64,000 nt of DNA from a virus (Duplodnaviria; Heunggongvirae; Uroviricota; Caudoviricetes). Numbering within the stretch: position 1 is the stretch's first letter; every line of letters begins with the position of its first letter. The position numbers were made by a program, and so were the translations under genes. Under the pieces are notes generated by a model that saw only the letters and a program-made list of their open reading frames with translations, did no database searches and had not been told where the DNA came from. The DNA is taken from IMG/VR virus record IMGVR_UViG_3300045988_003495, one strand, 5' to 3'. Shown piece after piece: positions 58,358-64,000 of this stretch.

Positions 58358-58521
58358 AGATAATCCTCTTGTCTTCTGTAATTTTGAAAGAACAGGTACA
58401 GACCAATTTCAGAGGATGAATAGTAGATTAACTCTACCCTTTTTGATTCCTTACAGTGATTGGTATTCTTACCTTTCTTCGGTTTATTTGATTTTCTCAT
58501 TAAGTCTCCTTTGTAGAACAA
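58339..58521 (-). CDS. hypothetical protein
   Basis: 60-aa basic ORF, first gene of minus-strand block. Confidence 0.3.
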   Translation of the reverse strand: MFYKGDLMRKSNKPKKGKNTNHCKESKRVELIYYSSSEIGLYLFFQNYRRQEDYLCVVPN

Positions 58522-58749
58522 GGCAGACCTACAGCTTTAAGTAAGATGGTACAGTAATCCATACAACAAGTCAAGAACTATTGCAAGTTAAAAAAGTTGT
58601 TGACAAAGTACTTGACAAGGTGTAGGCTTATAAATACTTAGAAGATAACTTAAAAGGTTCCTCTAAAAAGGCTATTTAAACAGATATCTTTCTGGATATC
58701 TATCTTTTATCTTAAAAGCCTTTTAAGAGGTCTTATAAGAGGCATACCA

Positions 58750-59121
58750 ATGAAAAACAGAACAAACAAAGGCCAGTTTAAAAAAGGCCAGTCTGGAAAC
58801 CCATCTGGAAGACCAAAAGGCTCTCGTAACAAAAGCTCACTCGTAAAAGCTCAACTGACCATTGATAATTCTGCTGAGTTCGCTGCAAAGCTGTTTGAGG
58901 CGATTGTTACAAGGGACGCGGCTAAGCTTGCAGAGTTCGGTTTAAACACAGATGACGTAACCATCAAGAGCATGATTGAGGTCGGTAAAACTATCTTTAC
59001 TCACTCAGCAGGTGAGATGAAAGCACTTGCAGCAGACACTAAGAAGACTCCTGATAATGGTGGTCAACAACAGACAGATAACAAACCAACGTTCTCTGCT
59101 GTAGCGACTCTCAAAAAATAA
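58750..59121 (+). CDS. hypothetical protein with N-terminal GQSGNPSGRPKG motif
   Basis: 123-aa ORF. Confidence 0.45.
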   Translation: MKNRTNKGQFKKGQSGNPSGRPKGSRNKSSLVKAQLTIDNSAEFAAKLFEAIVTRDAAKLAEFGLNTDDVTIKSMIEVGKTIFTHSAGEMKALAADTKKTPDNGGQQQTDNKPTFSAVATLKK

Positions 59122-59202
59122 TTTTAAAAGATGTTGACAGACTCTACAGAGTTGCTCTAAAGTCTGTCACATCAAACAACAAATGAGAGAAGAGAGTAAA
59201 AT

Positions 59203-60618
59203 ATGAGCGAATTATTTAAACATGCGCACCTTCATGCAGGTCGAACTGAAAATGGTGCTGTAAACCATACTTCATCAATGTCTGCTCTTGTAGACTTTTA
59301 CAAAGCTGCTGGTTCAAGCCGTAGCAATGTAGAAATCTTACCAGACCTGTTCTACAAAGCTTTGCGTGAGGATGTTGATGTTGCAGTCCGTATTTTACTG
59401 CATATGCGAGATGTACGAGAAGGTATGGGTGAGCGTAAAGCCTTCAGAACTGTTTTGCTTCAAGCAATTGAAGACAAAGTTTTAGAGCCTACACAGGTTC
59501 TTCGCATTATGGATAAGATTGCAGAGCTTGGTCGCTTTGATGACTTCAAAATCTTTGTAGGTACTCGTTTCGAGACAGATGCCTTCAAACATTTAGAAGC
59601 AGCATTACTAGACCCTGCAACAGCAGGTTTAGCAGCTAAGTGGTTACCACGAGTCAAACCACGTCATAAGCAGTTTGTAAAACGTTTCTGCAAGTTTGCC
59701 AACTTGAGTGAGAAAGAGTACCGCACACTGTTGTCTGCACTATCTGATACAGTTGAGCAAAAAATCTCTGCTAATGAGTTTGGTAAGATTGACTACAGCA
59801 AGATTCCTTCACTTGCTGCTGCACGTTACCAAAAACTGTTTAACCGTAAGGATGGAGAACGCTACAAAGCTTACATTGAGTCTTTATCAAAGGGCGAGGC
59901 TAAGATTAATGCTGGTGCTGTTTACCCATACGATGTGATTAAATCTGTCAAGCATGGTAATGCAGATGTTGCCAATGAGCAGTGGAAAGCACTACCAAAC
60001 TGGATGGCAGAAGGTGAGAACATCTTGTGTATGACTGATGTTTCAGGCTCAATGTCTTGGGTGAATCTTGGTTCAATCACTGCCCTTGATATTGGTGTAT
60101 CACTTGCCTTGTATGTAGCAGAACGTAATACAGGTTGCTTTAAGGATGAGTTAATGGTTTATTCAACAAACCCTTACTTCATCGAACTGAGTGGTGATTT
60201 ACGAAACCGCCATCGTCAGGTGATGCGACATGTTGAATATGGCTCAACTAACCTACAAGCAGCTTTTGACCGCATTCTTGAGGTAGGTAAGAGAAACAAC
60301 TTGACTCAGAAAGATATGCCAAGTAAGCTTATCATCTTCTCCGATATGGAGTTCAATCAGGTTGATGGAGCTAACGGTCGTACAAACTTTGAAGCAATTC
60401 AGAGTAAGTACAAAAAAGCTGGATACGAGATGCCACAACTGGTATTCTGGTACTTAGCAAACCGTAATGGTACTTGCGAAGTGTCTGTTAAGGATAACGG
60501 TGTAGCGATGGTATCTGGTTTCTCTCCAGCCACTTTAAAAGCTCTGATTGGTGGTGAGAAGTTTGACCCAATCAGCGTAATGCTCAAAGCAGTAATGATT
60601 GACCGTTATATCTGGTAA
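59203..60618 (+). CDS. vWA-domain protein with helical N-terminal domain; candidate Ro60-like (TROVE/DUF2828-type) RNA-binding protein
   Basis: 471 aa; MIDAS-type motif ILCMTDVSGSMSW (DxSxS) with downstream Thr and Asp; helical N-terminal half; sits directly upstream of Y-RNA-like elements in the tRNA cluster. Confidence 0.5.
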   Translation: MSELFKHAHLHAGRTENGAVNHTSSMSALVDFYKAAGSSRSNVEILPDLFYKALREDVDVAVRILLHMRDVREGMGERKAFRTVLLQAIEDKVLEPTQVLRIMDKIAELGRFDDFKIFVGTRFETDAFKHLEAALLDPATAGLAAKWLPRVKPRHKQFVKRFCKFANLSEKEYRTLLSALSDTVEQKISANEFGKIDYSKIPSLAAARYQKLFNRKDGERYKAYIESLSKGEAKINAGAVYPYDVIKSVKHGNADVANEQWKALPNWMAEGENILCMTDVSGSMSWVNLGSITALDIGVSLALYVAERNTGCFKDELMVYSTNPYFIELSGDLRNRHRQVMRHVEYGSTNLQAAFDRILEVGKRNNLTQKDMPSKLIIFSDMEFNQVDGANGRTNFEAIQSKYKKAGYEMPQLVFWYLANRNGTCEVSVKDNGVAMVSGFSPATLKALIGGEKFDPISVMLKAVMIDRYIW

Positions 60619-60636
60619 AAAGTTTTAAAAAGGGTA

Positions 60637-60665
60637 TTGACAATGTGTTTGATACCCTTTAATAT
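60637..60665 (+). promoter_or_regulatory. strong sigma70-type promoter (TTGACA-N17-TAATAT) driving the tRNA cluster
   Basis: -35 at 60637-60642, -10 at 60660-65; inverted repeat gggtat/ataccc flanks the -35 and spacer. Confidence 0.55.
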
Positions 60666-60783
60666 GTTCTACATAGAAACGAAACGAGAGCTTTTCTAAG
60701 ATACTGAAAAATATTTTAAAAAAGTTCTTGACAACCACTAAAAAATAATGTTAAAGTGGTTACATAGAGTTTGAAAAGTTTAT

Positions 60784-60860
60784 CTCTGTTTAGCTCAGCT
60801 TGGTAGAGCGTTCCGTTTGGGGCGGTAAGGCCGGAGGTTCAATTCCTCCAACAGAGACCA
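60784..60860 (+). tRNA. tRNA-Pro (anticodon TGG)
   Basis: acceptor ctctgtt/aacagag, D-stem gctc/gagc, T-arm ggagg-ttcaatt-cctcc, encoded CCA. Confidence 0.7.
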
Positions 60861-60867
60861 AATTAAT

Positions 60868-60945
60868 GTTCCAGTAGACAAAATGGTATAGTCACCACTC
60901 TTTCAAAGTGGATATTTGAGGGTTCAAATCCCTTCTGGAACGCCA
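60868..60945 (+). tRNA. tRNA-Glu (anticodon TTC)
   Basis: acceptor gttccag/ctggaac, anticodon stem ccact/agtgg with loop ctttcaa, T-loop ttcaaat, CCA. Confidence 0.7.
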
Positions 60946-60950
60946 GTTTT

Positions 60951-61027
60951 GACAGAAGACCAATTACAGCAAACTTAATCTTATTCATCTGAAGGTAAAT
61001 CGGACAAAGAAGAGATTTGGTCTGGTC
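60951..61027 (+). ncRNA. Y-RNA-like structured element A
   Basis: 5' motif gaCAGAAGACCaattACAGCAAac pairs with 3' motif tTTGGTCTGGt (agaccaa/ttggtct) enclosing about 55 nt. Confidence 0.45.
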
Positions 61028-61036
61028 ATTAAGAAT

Positions 61037-61113
61037 TGCGGGTATAGAGAAAGGGCGTCTCACATGTCTCATTAGCATGGTATCGGCAGGTTCGACTCCT
61101 GCACCCGCCTCCA
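61037..61113 (+). tRNA. tRNA with CAT anticodon (Met or Ile2 type)
   Basis: anticodon stem catgt/gcatg, loop ctcatta, D-stem gaga/tctc, T-arm gcagg-ttcgact-cctgc, CCA; 5' end ambiguous by 1 nt (possible 1:72 mismatch). Confidence 0.6.
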
Positions 61114-61116
61114 AAT

Positions 61117-61180
61117 TTACAGAAGACCGTATGCAGCAACAAACTACTTTTTGCGGATAAAAGAAAAAACACGGTCTGGC
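61117..61180 (+). ncRNA. Y-RNA-like structured element B
   Basis: 5' tACAGAAGACCGTatgCAGCAAcaaac pairs with 3' aacACGGTCTGGc. Confidence 0.45.
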
Positions 61181-61190
61181 AATGTATTAA

Positions 61191-61267
61191 GGTTAGGAAG
61201 CACATAAGGTATGTGCGGTCGCCTGTTAAGCGAATGGCACAGGGTTCGAATCCCTGACTAACCGCCA
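61191..61267 (+). tRNA. tRNA-Asn (anticodon GTT)
   Basis: acceptor ggttagg/actaacc, D-stem gcac/gtgc, anticodon loop ctgttaa, T-arm caggg-ttcgaat-ccctg, CCA. Confidence 0.7.
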
Positions 61268-61276
61268 AATTTAAAT

Positions 61277-61364
61277 GTGTCGTTATCCCGTAGATGGTAG
61301 CGGTGGGGACTGTAAATCCCTTGTCATTGAGACTCGGTAGGTTCGACTCCTACACGGCACACCA
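61277..61364 (+). tRNA. tRNA-Tyr (anticodon GTA), long variable arm
   Basis: acceptor gtgtcgt/acggcac, anticodon stem gggga/tccct, loop ctgtaaa, 15-nt variable arm, T-arm gtagg-ttcgact-cctac, CCA. Confidence 0.7.
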
Positions 61365-61386
61365 ACACTTAGCGAGATACTTAGTT

Positions 61387-61788
61387 ATGAGAGATGAAGT
61401 ATACAAATCACAACTTGGTATGAGTTTGGGAACTGCACAAAACAGACTAGTAAAAGATTTGCTATTCGATTTTATATGTAAGACAAATCAAAATAGATGT
61501 TTTCAGTGCGGAAAAGAAATGACTAGGGATGATTTCTCTATCGAGCATAAGACTCCGTGGAGACACAAAGATAATGCAAAAGAACTTTTCTTTTCACTAG
61601 ATAACATTTCTTATAGCCACCTGCGTTGCAACATGAAAGCAGCCAGACCAGCACAGATTTATGATAGAAAGCCTAAGCCAATTAAACACGGCACTGCACA
61701 CAGCTACTCTAAAGGTTGCAGATGTGATGAGTGTAGGCTGGCTAAGAATGCTGAGGGTAGGAAGCACTATAACCCCAGAAAGGCGTAG
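61387..61788 (+). CDS. HNH endonuclease inside the tRNA cluster
   Basis: CFQCGKEMTRDDFSIEHKTPW ... CRCDEC; ORF-track start 61294 overlaps tRNA-Tyr, so ATG at 61387 preferred. Confidence 0.55.
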   Translation: MRDEVYKSQLGMSLGTAQNRLVKDLLFDFICKTNQNRCFQCGKEMTRDDFSIEHKTPWRHKDNAKELFFSLDNISYSHLRCNMKAARPAQIYDRKPKPIKHGTAHSYSKGCRCDECRLAKNAEGRKHYNPRKA

Positions 61789-61820
61789 GAAGAAGTATTT
61801 AAGAAATGGCACATAGTTTT

Positions 61821-61896
61821 GGGGTATTAGTTTAGACGGTGAAAATACGGGATTATCTCTCCTGAGCCGCGAGTTCGATTCTCACATACCTCGCCA
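61821..61896 (+). tRNA. tRNA of undetermined identity (anticodon loop ttatctc, nominal anticodon ATC)
   Basis: good acceptor ggggtat/atacctc, D-stem gttt/aaat, T-arm gcgag-ttcgatt-ctcac, CCA; anticodon loop has pyrimidine at position 37 and A at 34. Confidence 0.5.
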
Positions 61897-61954
61897 ATTT
61901 TGAGAGGGCTATTTAGCCCCTCCCTTAAAGAGTTCTTACGAGTATCCTTTAAAG

Positions 61955-62034
61955 GAGCAGAAGACCAAATACAGCAAGTTACTTAAAATTTCAAGCCAAT
62001 TCAATTTTGAAAAATTTAAAACTTGGTCTGGCTC
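61955..62034 (+). ncRNA. Y-RNA-like structured element C
   Basis: 5' gCAGAAGACCaaatACAGCAAg pairs with 3' aaCTTGGTCTGGc. Confidence 0.45.
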
Positions 62035-62042
62035 AACAAATT

Positions 62043-62177
62043 TACAGAAGACCGTTTACAGCAAAACTTAAACAATCTATTTCTCGGTAAAGAAAAGGCG
62101 AAGGTTCGATTCCTTCACTCGGCAGATGTCGAGTTGGTGTAATGGTAGCACTTAAGATGATAAACAACGGTCTGGTA
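62043..62177 (+). ncRNA. Y-RNA-like element D with embedded circularly permuted tRNA-like module (YrlA-like)
   Basis: terminal helix agaccgtt (62047-54) with aacggtct (62165-72); inside: T-arm gaagg-ttcgatt-ccttc (62100-62116), acceptor-like helix actcggc-agat-gtcgagt closed by 4-nt loop (62117-62134), D-arm gtgt-aatggta-gcac (62137-62151); no anticodon arm. Confidence 0.55.
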
Positions 62178-62278
62178 ATTATCTTTGCAGTAGCTTATGT
62201 GGCTAATTATGTCGTCCCATGAGTGCCGATGAATTTCCTTAGCATGATTCTAGATTAGCTTAGTAGGAAATGACTCTA

Positions 62279-62299
62279 CAGACCCTTTAGCAAGGTCTG
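62279..62299 (+). ncRNA. minimal hairpin sharing the CAGACC...GCAA...GGTCTG motif
   Basis: cagacc-ctttagcaa-ggtctg. Confidence 0.3.
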
Positions 62300-62326
62300 C
62301 GTAGGTTACTGCAAAGGCAATTTAAT

Positions 62327-62402
62327 GGAAGTGTAGCAGAATGGTGATGCGGCAGACTTTTAATCTGACAGGCGATGGGTTCGAATCCCTCCACTTCTAC
62401 CA
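62327..62402 (+). tRNA. tRNA-Lys (anticodon TTT), tentative
   Basis: acceptor ggaagtg/cacttct, anticodon stem caga/tctg, loop cttttaa, T-loop ttcgaat, CCA; T-stem and D-stem weak. Confidence 0.55.
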
Positions 62403-62406
62403 AAAT

Positions 62407-62483
62407 GGTTCAGTCGCAGATAAGGTAATGCAGGGGTCTCATAAGCCCTATGAATGTGGGTTCGATTCCCATCTGAACCTCCA
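62407..62483 (+). tRNA. tRNA with CAT anticodon (Met/Ile2/initiator type)
   Basis: acceptor ggttcag/ctgaacc, anticodon stem ggggt/gccct, loop ctcataa, T-arm gtggg-ttcgatt-cccat, CCA. Confidence 0.65.
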
Positions 62484-62485
62484 AT

Positions 62486-62560
62486 TGTGGGTTAGCATAA
62501 ATGGTAATGCAAACGGCTGATAACCGTTAGAAGAGGGTTCGATACCCTCACCTACAACCA
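62486..62560 (+). tRNA. tRNA-Ile (anticodon GAT)
   Basis: acceptor tgtgggt/acctaca, D-stem gcat/atgc, anticodon stem aacgg/ccgtt, loop ctgataa, T-arm gaggg-ttcgata-ccctc, CCA. Confidence 0.8.
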
Positions 62561-62575
62561 ATTTCAATAAAGTTG

Positions 62576-62604
62576 TTGACATTGATACGTGACTACTTTA
62601 TAGT
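62576..62604 (+). promoter_or_regulatory. internal sigma70-type promoter (TTGACA-N17-TATAGT)
   Basis: -35 at 62576-62581, -10 at 62599-62604. Confidence 0.55.
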
Positions 62605-62808
62605 AACCTTAGTTTTCGTTGCGTAGCGTCTATTTTGCAAATTTAAAATAAATGCAAACGACAATGTTTTTCTGGCAGTAGCTTGATAGGCTAAACACCA
62701 GTGAGGTCTTCCAATCCCTCATCAAAGAATTTGGCGTACTAGCCCACGGTATGATTAATAAGGTGGGCATCTTTAAGGGCTTTCTAAGAGAGTCTTTAAA
62801 GATAATTA

Positions 62809-62890
62809 CGGGGCGTATCTCAGCTGTCTTCTAAACAGCCGTTAACCGAGTAAGTGGAGTATGCGGGTTCGAGTCCTGCCGCCTCGACCA
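62809..62890 (+). tRNA. tRNA-like gene, possibly tRNA-Arg (anticodon TCT), atypical
   Basis: canonical anticodon arm gctgt-cttctaa-acagc, T-arm gcggg-ttcgagt-cctgc, acceptor cggggcg/cgcctcg, CCA; only 7 nt where D-arm should be, and about 23 nt between anticodon arm and T-arm. Confidence 0.35.
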
Positions 62891-63033
62891 ATTTAGTTAG
62901 CAGATTACTTAGACGACCTAAGCGGGTCTTCCTGTAGGGAGGTGGTCTGTATCTCATGTTTTCCAGAACATGTAAATAATCTGAGAAGGGGCTTTACAGT
63001 GTTGCGAAAATACGGTAAGCTTCGAATTATAGT

Positions 63034-63116
63034 GTGGGACGATGTTAAGACTCTAAGGCATGAGCAACGGCCTCCAAAACCGTTTCAAAGGGGTTCAACT
63101 CCTCCGTCCCATGCCA
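63034..63116 (+). tRNA. tRNA-like gene, possibly tRNA-Trp (anticodon CCA), atypical length
   Basis: acceptor gtgggac/gtcccat, anticodon stem aacgg/ccgtt with loop containing cca, T-loop ttcaact, CCA; D-region 6 nt too long. Confidence 0.35.
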
Positions 63117-63129
63117 AAGTCTTATTAGG

Positions 63130-63217
63130 GGTAGGTAGCGGCTAATGGCAGCCAAACAGTCTTGAAAACTGTTGCCACTGTAGAGATACGGTGAGGGTTC
63201 GACTCCTTTACTTACCG
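63130..63217 (+). tRNA. tRNA-Ser (anticodon TGA), class II, CCA not encoded
   Basis: acceptor ggtaggt/acttacc, anticodon stem acagt/actgt, loop cttgaaa, 20-nt variable arm, T-arm gaggg-ttcgact-ccttt. Confidence 0.6.
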
Positions 63218-63375
63218 CCTAATAAGATTTAAAGCCAAGCTTCATTCGGATGTTGCTTTGGTATCCCTCGTGTATTGTCGTACACGCACAGTAAAGCACC
63301 TAGTAGGTGTCACGGAGAAGAGATAATATCAAGCTCTCCAAAGGTTCTAGTCACCGGATTAAACAAGACTATGCA

Positions 63376-63396
63376 AAGACCAAATTAGGTCTTTTT
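63376..63396 (+). terminator. hairpin plus T-run inside the tRNA cluster
   Basis: aagacc-aaatta-ggtctt followed by ttt. Confidence 0.4.
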
Positions 63397-63475
63397 AGAG
63401 GGCTTCTAAGGTTATTACAGCTTGTTGTGGAACCTTGTTGCTTAGGTTCTTAGAAGTTCTCTAAAAAGATTTAAT

Positions 63476-63553
63476 GGGAGATTGACGGTAATTGGTAAAC
63501 CTACCATCCTTAGAAGTTGGTGTTTGAGGGTTCGAATCCCTTGTCTCCTACCA
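63476..63553 (+). tRNA. tRNA-like gene, anticodon arm ambiguous (possibly TAG)
   Basis: acceptor gggagat/gtctcct, T-arm gaggg-ttcgaat-ccctt, CCA; D and anticodon arms pair poorly. Confidence 0.35.
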
Positions 63554-63560
63554 AATTAAT

Positions 63561-63636
63561 GCAGGTGTAGCAAAATGGTTATGCGGCTGACTCTTAATCA
63601 GTAAGACGATGGGTTCAATTCCCTCCACCTGTACCA
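63561..63636 (+). tRNA. tRNA-Lys-like paralog (anticodon CTT), tentative
   Basis: acceptor gcaggtg/cacctgt, anticodon stem gctga/tcagt, loop ctcttaa, T-loop ttcaatt, CCA; close paralog of 62327..62402. Confidence 0.5.
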
Positions 63637-63642
63637 AACATT

Positions 63643-63718
63643 GGGGATGTAGTTTACATGGTTAAAACATAAGTTTTGCAAACTTAAGTACAGGGTTCAA
63701 TTCCCTGCTTCTCCACCA
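63643..63718 (+). tRNA. tRNA-Ala (anticodon TGC)
   Basis: G3:U70 pair in acceptor (ggggatg/cttctcc), D-stem gttt/aaac, anticodon stem taagt/actta, loop tttgcaa, T-arm caggg-ttcaatt-ccctg, CCA. Confidence 0.8.
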
Positions 63719-63724
63719 ATTAGT

Positions 63725-63799
63725 GCATCCATAGTTTAAACGGGAAAATTACAGTCTTCCAAACTGAGGTTGAGGGTTCGATTCCCTCTGGATGCTCCA
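63725..63799 (+). tRNA. tRNA-Gly (anticodon TCC)
   Basis: acceptor gcatcca/tggatgc, anticodon loop cttccaa, T-arm gaggg-ttcgatt-ccctc, CCA. Confidence 0.75.
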
Positions 63800-63806
63800 A
63801 ATTAAT

Positions 63807-63882
63807 GCTCCTATCGTATAATTGGCTATTACGGTTGCCTTGTAAGCAACTTATCAGGGTTCGAATCCTTGTGGGAGCACCA
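63807..63882 (+). tRNA. tRNA-Thr (anticodon TGT)
   Basis: acceptor gctccta/tgggagc, anticodon stem gttgc/gcaac, loop cttgtaa, T-arm caggg-ttcgaat-ccttg, CCA. Confidence 0.8.
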
Positions 63883-64000
63883 ATTCAGAGGCCAAGTGAA
63901 AGACCGCTGGTGTCAACTGAAGACCGTAACAAATTCCACGGAGTTGAGTTAGCGGCACAACTTCAGACCTCTTTCATACTCGCTTAGTTTATATGGTAAA

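Noticed and set aside
61037-61113. Initiator tRNA-fMet assignment for the first CAT tRNA
   Set aside because: A possible 1:72 mismatch hints at an initiator, but the anticodon stem (catgt/gcatg) lacks the three consecutive G-C pairs typical of initiators; left as Met/Ile2-type.
60863-61268. Minus-strand ORFs 60863..61114 and 61029..61268, and plus-strand ORFs 62942..63145 and 63805..63987
   Set aside because: All overlap tRNA genes or structured spacers in the tRNA cluster and have no RBS; treated as non-coding.
61294-61386. N-terminal extension of the HNH ORF (track start 61294)
   Set aside because: This part overlaps tRNA-Tyr (61277..61364); the ATG at 61387 is the plausible start.
62043-62177. 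Two-piece (permuted) tmRNA gene
   Set aside because: The permuted T-arm/acceptor/D-arm order resembles permuted tmRNA genes, but the element is only about 135 nt, with no tag reading frame or pseudoknot region and no CCA.

Overview
This 64-kb window is part of a large virulent dsDNA phage genome, AT-rich, with a probable Gram-negative host (overlapping spanin pair, signal-peptide proteins, TTGACA-N17-TAnAAT promoters). Left to right: the 3' end of a tail-fibre gene; a minus-strand block (thymidylate synthase, DHFR, ATP-dependent DNA ligase, family A DNA polymerase followed by a free-standing HNH-AP2 homing endonuclease); a long plus-strand block with a T7-like replisome (primase-helicase, SSB with acidic tail, 5'-3' exonuclease), dNMP kinase, aerobic and anaerobic ribonucleotide reductases (nrdA, nrdB, nrdD, nrdG, glutaredoxin), a Prs-like plus NAMPT-like gene pair split by a homing endonuclease (resembles the phage NAD+ reconstitution pathway NARP1), rIIA/rIIB-like genes, a lytic transglycosylase, spanins and a macro-domain protein; an array of about 14 small genes each preceded by a near-identical hairpin/promoter/RBS cassette; a 1.6-kb ORF-free region packed with short iterons; a minus-strand block of hypothetical genes with a GH24 endolysin; and a cluster of at least 17 tRNA genes. 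The most interesting observation is a candidate Ro60-like (vWA-domain) protein gene directly upstream of the tRNA cluster, together with a family of conserved stem elements between the tRNAs, one of which encloses a circularly permuted tRNA-like module (T-arm, closed acceptor helix, D-arm). This looks like a Ro60/Y-RNA-type ribonucleoprotein system. All calls rest on reading the sequence and motif recall; no searches or folding programs were run.
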